This document shows, piece after piece, positions 33,651 through 42,355 of a stretch of 64,000 nucleotides of DNA. This DNA is from an uncultured Candidatus Peregrinibacteria bacterium (GTDB lineage: Bacteria; Patescibacteriota; Gracilibacteria; Peribacterales; Peribacteraceae). The number at the start of each line of letters is the position of its first letter. The first letter of the stretch is position 1. The notes beneath the pieces are model-generated. The model saw nothing but the letters and a program-made list of their open reading frames with translations, was not told where the DNA came from and made no database searches. The position numbers were made by a program, and so were the translations under genes. The stretch spans positions 3,007-67,006 of the forward strand of contig CAINVY010000011.1 of NCBI GenBank assembly GCA_903854335.1, in the 5' to 3' direction.

Positions 33651-35417
33651 CGTTCGCGACTATGTCGCTCACTTTTATTTTATTGGGAGGAGAGCCTCCC
33701 AACCCCTCCCGTGGGAGCGAGAGATGTGGTGAATTCAGTGACGTTTGGGCTTCCAATTTTGGGGAGTTGAATCCGGAAGGCAGACTGGTACTCTTCCAGA
33801 GATTCTCCCAAATTTCATGAACAGTCCTAGAGCACTCGTGATGCGCGTGATAGCCGTAACCACTATTTTTCTTGGCGTCATAGCAGTTTCCTTTGTTGTT
33901 TTTTTCTCAGGTGGGATTGGCCTTGCCGAACTCATAAATATGAACGCGAAAAAGTCAGCTAATCCTTGTGGGAAATTGGTTCTAGACACCGAAACTGGTC
34001 TTTGTATGGAGCAGTCTGTCTGGGACTTGTTTAACAATGTCATCCATCCCAATCTTCAAACTTGTGCGGACTGTTCCAATTTACCCGTTCCAGTTATTTC
34101 ACTCAATAATGGCACGCAAACTTCAACATTTGCGGTGTATCTTAGCGGCAGGAAGTTACTGGATTGGGTAACGCCAGGTCTCACAGCAGATAGCATCGTC
34201 CAGAGTGATTCAGGAAACGTCCTTCCTCCCGGGAGTACAAGTGCACAAATTTTGCGAGTGACTGGTACAAATTCCATCAGGTATCTCATCCCGTCAGAGG
34301 GGCAGTATTTTCAGAATCGTTATGAAGTATTATCTCCTCAAAAAACAACGGAAGTCCATTATGACATTGTGAAGAAAACAGGGGTGTATGGGAGTGCGTA
34401 CTTTTTTGTCCAAGCAGCGCAGCCGCATGTAGACATGGACGCAGTCACTCGTAGTTTTGATGCGATTGCGTTAAGTGAGAGCAGGCTTGCGAATCTCTCA
34501 AAGCCTGACCCGTATTATGTTCTTGCCATGCCATATCTTATCGGAGGGGTCTTCGGAGGTGAGGGCGATTTCTATGTTGGGAATCATATATTAGAAGCCA
34601 ATTTCGGAGGTGAAAAATACAGTGATATGTTTCCAACTGTTCTCACACAGGAAGCGAGCCACGAGTACGTGCACGATTTGCAGGATAAAATGAATCTGGA
34701 AGCATCGTACACTGCCTCCTTTTGGGTGGAAGGGATGGCGGATGCCGTTTCGATTTTCAGTGGTTTCCGAACATGGAACGATGTTGGCTTTGGCACAGTA
34801 TTGGAGCCGGGATGTTCCGATGAAAATGGCAACGCTTCGGAGCCTCACTCTCTTGGCAGATGTGTGTTTAAGCATCTCGATCAAGAACACTATCTCACTG
34901 CAGATTTTTTCAGGCGGCTCTTCCACCCCCAAGGTCAATATCCTGGATTGAATTCTTGTACGTCAGACTTTTCGGATCCCACCTGCATTTCTGATTTGAC
35001 AAAACTTCTAACATTTTTGACTGGTAAGGACATGAGAACATTCGTCCAGACAGCATTATTAAAAGCCCCTCCTACTATTGATCCTTCAAAGTGCAAGCTT
35101 GGTGCCGAGTGTCTTCCGCAGTCCCAGATAGAACCTTGTTTCACGCCTCCCAAAAAATGTTCTCCGGCGAAGACGAGTGTGAAATGTGGTACGAATAATG
35201 GAGAAACGTATTTGTGTCAGGAATGCAAAAAAGGATCCTTTCTTGATTCCTCGCACCATCATTGTGAGTAATCATGTTCTTAGAACAAAGATTATTGCGA
35301 ACTGATACTGAGATATTTTGTTGGTACTGTTTCTTCACAACAGGGGAGCTATGGCGGTTGCGATACGGTGCAATGCGGACCTCCAGAATTTTGCGTACCT
35401 TCCCGTGGGAGCGAGAG
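33614..35417 (+). mobile_element. Candidate tRNA-Cys-associated islet bounded by direct repeats
   Basis: acctccagaattttgcgtac occurs at 33614-33633 and 35379-35398 (20/20). tcccgtgggagcgagag occurs at 33707-33723 and 35401-35417 (17/17). The enclosed gene is visibly lower in G+C. No integrase is present. Confidence 0.35.
33817..35271 (+). CDS. Secreted/anchored protein with an HExxH zinc-metallopeptidase-like motif and a Cys-rich tail
   Basis: Start moved to MNSPRALVMRVIAVTTIFLGVIAVSFVVFF (TM/signal). HEYVH with a downstream VEGMADA. Eight Cys in the last 60 aa. Confidence 0.6.
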   Translation: MNSPRALVMRVIAVTTIFLGVIAVSFVVFFSGGIGLAELINMNAKKSANPCGKLVLDTETGLCMEQSVWDLFNNVIHPNLQTCADCSNLPVPVISLNNGTQTSTFAVYLSGRKLLDWVTPGLTADSIVQSDSGNVLPPGSTSAQILRVTGTNSIRYLIPSEGQYFQNRYEVLSPQKTTEVHYDIVKKTGVYGSAYFFVQAAQPHVDMDAVTRSFDAIALSESRLANLSKPDPYYVLAMPYLIGGVFGGEGDFYVGNHILEANFGGEKYSDMFPTVLTQEASHEYVHDLQDKMNLEASYTASFWVEGMADAVSIFSGFRTWNDVGFGTVLEPGCSDENGNASEPHSLGRCVFKHLDQEHYLTADFFRRLFHPQGQYPGLNSCTSDFSDPTCISDLTKLLTFLTGKDMRTFVQTALLKAPPTIDPSKCKLGAECLPQSQIEPCFTPPKKCSPAKTSVKCGTNNGETYLCQECKKGSFLDSSHHHCE

Positions 35418-35480
35418 GAATATTGAGCTTATTAATGCTTGGAGTGCCCCCAGCCTCCAGAGCGCCCTCGTGAAGCCCTT

Positions 35481-35509
35481 TTGCTGATTCCGCCGTTTTC
35501 TGCTACAAT
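35481..35509 (+). promoter_or_regulatory. Extended -10 promoter
   Basis: TTGCTG (35481-35486), 17 nt including the TGc of the extended -10, then TACAAT (35504-35509), TGcTACAAT overall. The ATG follows 24 nt later. Confidence 0.5.
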
Positions 35510-35533
35510 GGATGCACATTCACACCCACATCT

Positions 35534-36028
35534 ATGACGAAGAAACATGCCAAAGGCGTCGTTGTCTGTAGCATCGTTGCCGGTCTCATCCTGACGGCGA
35601 GCGTCGTGAGTTCACATTCCGGAAGCGCACTTCTCGGGTCGGTGATTGGAACGCTTCCGATGGGATCGCAGCAGATTCCCATTCTCTCGCGTGGAGAAGT
35701 TCTGCGACGCGCAACGAATAGCGGATCGTCCTTTGTACCCGCCGTGACGCATGACTGTGCACTCGCGACGGAAATCTCTTCGGCATTCCTCTCCGCTGTT
35801 TCGGACAATGCCAATGCTCGAGGTCTGGCTGCACAGGTTCAGGCGAAATTCATGAGCACGTATTGCCCGCATGGTTCGGCTGCACTTTCTTCCTCTTCTT
35901 CTCTTTCTGCTTCCGAGCATTCGGTATCGATCGACAATCACTGCGCACGCTTCGATATGAAGTCGGCGCGCTTTACGGCGTGCATGGGAGCGCAGCAGAG
36001 CGGGATTTTGTATGAGCAGGGGAAGTGA
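35534..36028 (+). CDS. Small secreted protein, function unknown
   Basis: 164 aa with an N-terminal signal-like segment (KGVVVCSIVAGLILTASVVSS). Confidence 0.55.
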   Translation: MTKKHAKGVVVCSIVAGLILTASVVSSHSGSALLGSVIGTLPMGSQQIPILSRGEVLRRATNSGSSFVPAVTHDCALATEISSAFLSAVSDNANARGLAAQVQAKFMSTYCPHGSAALSSSSSLSASEHSVSIDNHCARFDMKSARFTACMGAQQSGILYEQGK

Positions 36029-36393
36029 TGTGAGGTGATCTCAGGGAAGAGGCTTCTCTTTCTTTGTAAGCGCGACAAAGAAAGAGAGAAAGAAAGCGCT
36101 GGCGCGCCGAAGCTCATCATCCGGCTCTGTGCCTTTGCTCCGGCTGCTCCAAGGTTTCGCAGCCGTCGCGTCGGCGTGGTGTCCGCCTGTGGCGGACACA
36201 GAGCCTCGCCTCTACCTTCAACAACTCGTTCTCGTGTGATAAGCAACGGCGCGCGACCGCGAAGGTTGTTCTACGTTCCATCAGCATATACAAAGAATGC
36301 CGGAGCCGCGCACCACGGGGTGGAATAGCACCGAATGGTTTGAGCTAAGCAAAAGATATTCTCTGAATCGGAATGGCACCCGTTAGCATTGGT

Positions 36394-36465
36394 GCGCGGA
36401 GCCTGCCTGCCGGCAGGCAGGCGCTTTCTTCGTCCTTCTTTCTCGCCTTGAGAAAGAAGGACAAG
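36394..36465. repeat. 72-nt palindromic module (exact reverse complement of 5941-6012)
   Basis: Hand-derived reverse complement is identical at 72/72 positions. The flanks remain similar for about 10 more nt. Confidence 0.9.
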
Positions 36466-36599
36466 AGATTCATGCAATAAAGATGTTGAATTGAGAAAGA
36501 AAGACAATATCCGTCGTCTTGAGAAAGATGGACGAGTAAAACTTAAAAGATTCCTCATTGAGTTCACATCGCTTCTCTGGTAACGTTTCCCGAAATCCT

Positions 36600-37649
36600 A
36601 TGTCTTCTTCCAATCAGAAGCCCCCATCGCGCAATCCCGACGATTACATCATCGCGACGCTCGGGAGCCATTCCGCCCTGCAGATTCTCAAGGGCGCGAG
36701 GGACGAAGGCATGCGCAACCTCACCATCTGCAAGCGCGGCAAGGAACGTCCGTATAAGAGTTTCCCCGTGGCGGACGAAATCGTCCTCGTCGATGATTGG
36801 AAGGAGTGGGATGATGACTTCGAGAAGAAGTTGATGGAGCGAAACGCGATCCTCATTCCTCACGGGTCGTTCATCTCGTACCTCGGCCACGAGCGTGTGA
36901 AGCGGATGAAGGCGATGTACTACGGGACGAAGGAAATTCTCGAGTGGGAGAGCGATCGCAGCATGGAACGGCAGTGGTTGGAGCAATCGCAACTGCGTCT
37001 TCCCCGCGTCTTCGAAAAGCCGGAGGACATCGACCGTCCCGTCATCATCAAATTCCACGGAGCGGGCGGGGGATTCGGGTACTTCGTCGTGAAGTCGCCG
37101 GAGCAATTTTACGAAGTGAAGAATCGCAAGTATCCCGACGAGCACGATTTCGTCATTCAGGAGTACATCATCGGTGCGCCGCTCTACATTCATTACTTCT
37201 ACTCGCCTCTCACGAAGGAGCTCGAGATCATGAGTATGGACAAGCGTTACGAATCCAATGCCGATTCCATCGGGCGCATCCGCGCGGAGGATCAGCTCGC
37301 CGCGAACATTCACACGTCCTACACGATTGTCGGCAACATGCCGGTCGTCGTCCGTGAGTCACTGCTTCCCGATCTCTTCGAGATGGGGGAGCGCGTGGTG
37401 GAGGTGAGCAAATCGCTCTGCGGCAAAGGACTCTTCGGTCCTTTCTGCCTCGAGGCGATCATCACCAGGAAGCTCGAAATCTTCGTCTTCGAAATCTCCG
37501 CGAGGATCGTCGCCGGCACGAATCCCTTCATCGAAGGTTCGCCCTACACCGCGCTCAAGTATCGTGAACCGATGAGCACAGGCCGTCGCCTGGTTCGGGA
37601 CATCAAAGAGGCAATTGTAGCGGGGAGGCTGGAGGAGGTGCTGGGGTGA
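36600..37649 (+). CDS. purP: Archaeal-type FAICAR synthetase-like ATP-grasp protein (PurP family), copy 1
   Basis: DYIIATLGSHSALQILKGARDEGM...ILIPHGSFISYLG...IIKFHGAGGG...EYIIGAPLYIHYFYSPL...EISARIVAGTN. The track start at 36558 is a TTG; the ATG is at 36600. Confidence 0.8.
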   Translation: MSSSNQKPPSRNPDDYIIATLGSHSALQILKGARDEGMRNLTICKRGKERPYKSFPVADEIVLVDDWKEWDDDFEKKLMERNAILIPHGSFISYLGHERVKRMKAMYYGTKEILEWESDRSMERQWLEQSQLRLPRVFEKPEDIDRPVIIKFHGAGGGFGYFVVKSPEQFYEVKNRKYPDEHDFVIQEYIIGAPLYIHYFYSPLTKELEIMSMDKRYESNADSIGRIRAEDQLAANIHTSYTIVGNMPVVVRESLLPDLFEMGERVVEVSKSLCGKGLFGPFCLEAIITRKLEIFVFEISARIVAGTNPFIEGSPYTALKYREPMSTGRRLVRDIKEAIVAGRLEEVLG

Positions 37650-37658
37650 GGTTCTGGA

Positions 37659-37883
37659 TTAATTCTTTCCTTCTTCCCGAACACCAAATTCATCTTTTAG
37701 GACTGCGATTAACGTCCTGATTTTTCGAATTTCTTGGTCCACTTCTTCAACGGATAAACGATTGATTTGCAATAAGACACTCTGGACGTTTTGCCTGTCA
37801 GCGTTTGTATTTTGAAGTTCCCTTTGGAGATTTGATTTGATTTCTCTGAGGTGAGGAAATAATTGAGTGTCGGGGTTAGACAT
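37659..37883 (-). CDS. 74-aa protein with a coiled-coil-like sequence pattern, paralogue 1
   Basis: Lower G+C. LREIKSNLQRELQ...INRLSVEEVDQEIRKIRTLIAVLKDEFG aligns with the neighbouring paralogue. Both share the upstream motif cttttcccTAATCCTCtATG. Confidence 0.5.
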   Translation of the reverse strand: MSNPDTQLFPHLREIKSNLQRELQNTNADRQNVQSVLLQINRLSVEEVDQEIRKIRTLIAVLKDEFGVREEGKN

Positions 37884-37923
37884 AGAGGATTAGGGAAAAG
37901 TTGGGATGAGGTTTTCTGAATAA

Positions 37924-38148
37924 TTATTCTTCATCGAGAGTACCTCCGTCTTTCAGATCGCGAATTCTCTGTCTGATGATACCGATATCTCGTAGGAGCC
38001 GATCCACGGGCAATTGATTGATGAGATCATGCGTGCTTTGAATGGCCAGTCCATTCCTGGCTACTTCGACTTTTACCTGCTTGAGTTCTTCGCGGAGATC
38101 ATCTTTGAGTGTGCCGAGGAGATCAAACAGTGTGTTGGAACTTTCCAT
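37924..38148 (-). CDS. 74-aa protein with a coiled-coil-like sequence pattern, paralogue 2
   Basis: The internal ATG at 38148 gives 74 aa. LGTLKDDLREELK...INQLPVDRLLRDIGIIRQRIRDLKDGG. Upstream motif ctttttcccAAATCCTCcATG. The track start at 38205 is a TTG. Confidence 0.5.
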   Translation of the reverse strand: MESSNTLFDLLGTLKDDLREELKQVKVEVARNGLAIQSTHDLINQLPVDRLLRDIGIIRQRIRDLKDGGTLDEE

Positions 38149-38296
38149 GGAGGATTTGGGAAAAAGTTTGGTTAGCATTGTCCTATCTAAAATGAAGAAT
38201 GTCAACTATACTCAACAGACAGAAACAGGGTGGGCGAGGGAGCTTGGACTCCTCGGCCTCATTCCAAATTCCCAAATCTCCATTACACTATCCACC

Positions 38297-39430
38297 ATGA
38301 ACATAGCAGACCTCCTTTCCGGCTACGATCTCAATCAACTGACGGTGGGCGTGCTCGGAGGGCACAGCGCGCTTGATGTGTGCCACGGAGCGAAGGAATT
38401 TGGCTTCAAGACGGTGGCGGTTGCGCGCGCCGGTAGAGACAAGACGTATTCTCAATACTTCAAGACGCGAGGCGAAAAGGGATGCATCGATGAGGTGATC
38501 GTCGTCGACGATTTCCAGGATGTCCTGGATGAGGAGGTGCAGGAGAAACTGCGGAAGATGAATACGGTTTTCGTCCACAATCGCTACTTCTGGGTCTACT
38601 TCGACGATTTCTCTCTGGTGGAAAGTGATTTCCGTGTGCCGATCTTCGGCTCGCGCACACTCCTGAAGCTTGAGGAGCGTGACCAGCCTTTCAATCAGTA
38701 TCATCTCCTGGACGCAGCCGGTATCCGCACGCCGAAAATTTTCGCGAAACCCGAGGATATCGATCGCCCCGTGCTCGTGAAGGCGGCGGAGGCGACGCGC
38801 GGATACGAGCGTGCATTCTTCGTCGTGGGAAGCGCGCAGGAGTGGGAGACGGTGGGATCGCAGTTGGAGAAGGATGGCAAGGTGACAGCCGATTGGCGTA
38901 CGGCGACGATCGAAGAGTTCATCGTCGGCGCGCCGATCAATTTCAATTTCTTCTACTCACCGCTCACGGAGGAGCTCGAGCTCCTCGGCACGGATACCAG
39001 GCGCCAGACCAACCTCGACGGGTTCCTGCGCATGACGGCTGCGGAGCAGGCGAAAGTGCAGAATCTTATTCCCCTGAAGCGCATCGAGACCGGCCACATC
39101 GCTTGCACGGTGAAGGAGTCGATCCTCGAGAAGGCATTCGATCTCGGGGAGAAGTTCGTCGAAGCGACGCAGAAGCTCCCGCGCGACATCGACCCGTCGC
39201 GCAACGGCATCATCGGTCCTTTCGCGCTGCAGGGGGCGGTGGTCGCGGAGGAGGGGCGCGAAGATATCGTTATCTTCGATGTCAGCATGCGCATTCCGGG
39301 TTCGCCCGGAACGGCAGCAACGCCGTACTCCGGCTATCTCTACGGCCAATCGATGAGTGTGGGGGAACGTGTGGCAATGGAGATCCACCAGGCGGTAGGA
39401 CAGGGAAGGGTGGAAGAAATTGTGACGTGA
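38297..39430 (+). CDS. PurP-family ATP-grasp protein, copy 2
   Basis: The internal ATG gives MNIADLLSGYDLNQLTVGVLGGHSALDVCHGAKEFGF..., collinear with copy 1 (..EFIVGAPINFNFFYSPL.., ..DVSMRIPGSPG..). Confidence 0.8.
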   Translation: MNIADLLSGYDLNQLTVGVLGGHSALDVCHGAKEFGFKTVAVARAGRDKTYSQYFKTRGEKGCIDEVIVVDDFQDVLDEEVQEKLRKMNTVFVHNRYFWVYFDDFSLVESDFRVPIFGSRTLLKLEERDQPFNQYHLLDAAGIRTPKIFAKPEDIDRPVLVKAAEATRGYERAFFVVGSAQEWETVGSQLEKDGKVTADWRTATIEEFIVGAPINFNFFYSPLTEELELLGTDTRRQTNLDGFLRMTAAEQAKVQNLIPLKRIETGHIACTVKESILEKAFDLGEKFVEATQKLPRDIDPSRNGIIGPFALQGAVVAEEGREDIVIFDVSMRIPGSPGTAATPYSGYLYGQSMSVGERVAMEIHQAVGQGRVEEIVT

Positions 39431-39464
39431 GTATTCTGACTGTTTTCTGTATCCTTGGTTTGTT

Positions 39465-39539
39465 GGGGCTGTAGCTCAGTGGTAGAGCACCTGCTTTGCA
39501 AGCAGGGGGTCAGGGGTTCGAGTCCCCTCAGCTCCACCA
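39465..39539 (+). tRNA. tRNA-Ala (UGC), CCA encoded
   Basis: GGGGCTG acceptor stem with the G3:U70 Ala identity pair (GGGGCTG/CAGCTCC). Anticodon stem CCTGC/GCAGG with loop TTTGCAA. T arm CAGGGGTTCGAGTCCCCT. Confidence 0.92.
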
Positions 39540-39593
39540 CGGCGTTCGCGAACGCCGTGGTCCACCAGGGTTCGCGAACGACGTGGTCCACCA
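39537..39593 (+). repeat. 24-nt palindrome starting at the CCA, then a tandem duplication ending in TCCACCA
   Basis: CCACGGCGTTCG/CGAACGCCGTGG (39537-39560). The units ggcgttcgcgaacgccgtggtccacca and gggttcgcgaacgacgtggtccacca follow in tandem. Confidence 0.8.
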
Positions 39594-39724
39594 ACATTCG
39601 TTTCGCGTTTGCTGGTGACGCACGCTTCATTTTTTTAACTGGGAAAACCCTCTCATAGGGTTAAATCCAGTGCACTTTGCAATGAATAGACAGAGTATGC
39701 AAAAGCACATATGCTCTGCCCCTT

Positions 39725-40135
39725 ATGTTGCTTGCCGACCTCCAAAGACCGCAGGATCCTGATGCGGACGAATCGAAGATTGCTGCCATGCGTCTGGCGC
39801 TTGAGGAGCTTTTCGCGTTGATGAAGACCAAGGTTGAGATATCCGCCCATGTTCGCTCATTGATTAAAGAGATTCTTGGTCCCGCATTGGTTACTCCCGA
39901 AAATAGTGACGAGAAGATCCGTGCGCTCAGGGGGCAAGTGGTGGAGTTTGCCGGAATCCAGGTGAGGTTCATTAGAGGCGAGCTCGAGCGGATTGGGGAG
40001 ATAGAAAAGCCTCGTACGGAACGTGGGATTGAGCTTCATGGGATGTTTGGAGGGATTATGTCCATTATGGGTGAGGTTATTCCTGATTTCCAAAGGAGCT
40101 TGAATGAGGATGCGGTGAGCGACATTCCATCATGA
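39725..40135 (+). CDS. Hypothetical protein (136 aa)
   Basis: ATG start, lower G+C, sequence pattern suggests helices. I recognised no motif. Confidence 0.4.
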   Translation: MLLADLQRPQDPDADESKIAAMRLALEELFALMKTKVEISAHVRSLIKEILGPALVTPENSDEKIRALRGQVVEFAGIQVRFIRGELERIGEIEKPRTERGIELHGMFGGIMSIMGEVIPDFQRSLNEDAVSDIPS

Positions 40136-40181
40136 GAGGAAATTCCTTGAATCTCTATGGAAGGAAGTTCACTCTTCTTAT

Positions 40182-41207
40182 GTGGACACGAATCAATCCA
40201 GTCAGCGTGGCGGTTCACTTCGACGGTATGTGGTGATCTTTCTTCTGGGAGGGGTATTCTTCTTCGGCGTAGAAGGAGCGTGGAACTATGTGCATTCCTG
40301 CCACGAGCACTTCGATTTGGTGAACCCGAGCCTACTGTGCTTCCAGAACAACGCTCTCTATAGAAATGAGTTGGATTACGAGCCTCTGCGCGACGATATT
40401 ATTCAGCAGATTGCCGCTCTCAAAGCCGCGAAGAAGGTGGAGAACATTTCCGTCTATTTCCGCGATCTCCAGAACGGACCCCGCTTCGGCGTGCAGGAGA
40501 ATGTGACCTACGATGCCGCGAGCCTTATGAAAGTTCCGGCCATGGTTTCCATTTTGCACATCGCGGATGCTCGTCCGAATTTCCTCGATGAACGCCTTAC
40601 GTCTCCCGCATCCTTTCCCAGTGGGATGAGCAATGTGGATCAGCCGAGCCAAACCATTTTTCCCAACGCTTCCTACACTGTGCGTGAACTTATGGAAAAG
40701 ATGATTAAGTATTCCGACAATCTGTCAGCGGCCGTCCTTTCGGACCAGATCATCAACAATCTTCGCTTCGATGAGGTGCCCGATACGTTCCAGGATCTCG
40801 GCATGATGCGCATGTTGAATGGGAAGCTCGGCGAGCTTTCGTTGCAGTCGTATGCCAGTCTCTTCGCCATTTTGTACAATACTTGGTACTTGTCCGACTC
40901 CATGTCGCAGTATGCCTTGAGTCTGCTTTCGCAGAGTACCTTTCCCGATGGAATTGTGGCGGGTGTCCCGAAGACGATCCGGGTGGCACACAAATTCGGG
41001 ACGTTCCAAACGGACAAGCATAGCGAATTGCACGATTGCGGGATCGTCTACCATCCTCAAACTCCCTATGTTCTCTGTATTATGACGAGCGGGTTCAATG
41101 TGAATGATGAGGCGGCATCCATTGCCCAGATTTCCCGCACGGTGTATTCCGACGTGGATTCCATCCAACAGCGTTCTTTTGCGGCCGAAAGTTCAGTATT
41201 GAAGTGA
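40182..41207 (+). CDS. Class A beta-lactamase-like serine hydrolase, membrane anchored
   Basis: N-terminal TM. SxxK (AASLMKV), SDN (KYSDN) and a KTG-like HKFG motif. The GTG start is uncertain. Confidence 0.7.
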   Translation: MDTNQSSQRGGSLRRYVVIFLLGGVFFFGVEGAWNYVHSCHEHFDLVNPSLLCFQNNALYRNELDYEPLRDDIIQQIAALKAAKKVENISVYFRDLQNGPRFGVQENVTYDAASLMKVPAMVSILHIADARPNFLDERLTSPASFPSGMSNVDQPSQTIFPNASYTVRELMEKMIKYSDNLSAAVLSDQIINNLRFDEVPDTFQDLGMMRMLNGKLGELSLQSYASLFAILYNTWYLSDSMSQYALSLLSQSTFPDGIVAGVPKTIRVAHKFGTFQTDKHSELHDCGIVYHPQTPYVLCIMTSGFNVNDEAASIAQISRTVYSDVDSIQQRSFAAESSVLK

Positions 41208-41301
41208 TGCATGGAGAAGAACTTTTCCCTGGACGAAGGATAAAACTGAGACATCGTGGTTTTTCCAGGGGGTACAATGTCGGTGCTTTTCCCCCCAAAT
41301 C

Positions 41302-41688
41302 ATGGCACCACGCAAAATGAAGAAAGCCAAGAAAAAGCCGGTAAAGGCCAAAAAGAAGGTCGTAAAGAAGAAAGTGAAGAAGGCTGTGCGTTCGAAGGTC
41401 AAGAAGACGGTGAAGAAGAAGGTAGCCAAGAAGCCTGCGAAGAAGCCGAAAGTCCTCGGGAAGATCTCGCATTACTACGATCGGATCGGCGTTGCCGTCG
41501 TGGACGTGGAGTCCACGCTCAAGCTCGGGGACAGAGTGTTGATCAAGCGCGGCAAGAAGGAGCTGAAGCAGAAGATCGCATCTCTCCAGGTCAATCGCAC
41601 GCCGATCAAGAGTGCAAATGCCGGAGAGACCGTAGGGCTCAAGGTCGATGCGGTTGTGGAGCGCGGCGCAACAATCTTCGCAGCTTGA
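41302..41688 (+). CDS. Lys-rich (histone H1-like) N-terminal tail fused to an EF-Tu-domain-2-like beta-barrel
   Basis: About 50 aa of K/A/P/V repeats, followed by KISHYYDRIGVAVVDVESTLKLGDRVLIKRG...GETVGLKVDAVVERGATIF. Confidence 0.6.
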   Translation: MAPRKMKKAKKKPVKAKKKVVKKKVKKAVRSKVKKTVKKKVAKKPAKKPKVLGKISHYYDRIGVAVVDVESTLKLGDRVLIKRGKKELKQKIASLQVNRTPIKSANAGETVGLKVDAVVERGATIFAA

Positions 41689-41714
41689 TCGATCTCATGC
41701 GTCGTTTCCGGTTA

Positions 41715-41972
41715 TCAAATCGTTGACGGTTGTGACGTGTGGAAGAACGGGAGCAGCATCCTGAGAGGAGAGAAAAGCACGTCGGTGGTGTTGGTGAGTT
41801 CCGCGATACTCCAGAAGAAGATCAGGATGGCCACGAGAATAATGATGTTGTAGATGCCTCCGATGCTCTTCATCCAGTCGGCTTCCCCCACCATATCTCC
41901 CACCTGCTGGCGGTACTTCAGGATATAAAATGCACCGATAATCCCGATGAGGCTGAGCACGTAATGCGTCAT
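41715..41972 (-). CDS. Small two-TM membrane protein
   Basis: 85 aa with two hydrophobic helices. Its start overlaps the trxA stop by 4 nt. Confidence 0.5.
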   Translation of the reverse strand: MTHYVLSLIGIIGAFYILKYRQQVGDMVGEADWMKSIGGIYNIIILVAILIFFWSIAELTNTTDVLFSPLRMLLPFFHTSQPSTI

Positions 41973-42295
41973 GCGGCGGTCATGGCGTCTTCGATTTCCT
42001 TCTTCATGTCTTCCTTCGAGCGTGCGCCGACAAACGATCGCTTCGCCTCGCCGCCGACGAAAATGACGAAGGTGGGAATGCTGAGGACGTTGAATTTGCT
42101 TGCGACTTCGCCGTTCTCATCCACGTTCATCTTCACGAACTTCACGCGATCGCCGTACTCGGCGGAAAGCTCCTCCACGATCGGGTTCATCATCTTGCAG
42201 GGGCCGCACCACGGAGCCCAAAAGTCCATGACGACGGGCACGGTGGATTGCTCAACTTCGGTCTGAAATTCTGCGTCAGTGATCGCTTTTGCCAT
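41969..42295 (-). CDS. trxA: Thioredoxin
   Basis: 108 aa with the WAPWCGPCKMM active site. Confidence 0.92.
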   Translation of the reverse strand: MAKAITDAEFQTEVEQSTVPVVMDFWAPWCGPCKMMNPIVEELSAEYGDRVKFVKMNVDENGEVASKFNVLSIPTFVIFVGGEAKRSFVGARSKEDMKKEIEDAMTAA

Positions 42296-42355
42296 GAGGA
42301 GAGGGGAACGGAAGGGAAGTATAAATCTCTGCGGAGAGTTTTCAAAGATCTTTCC

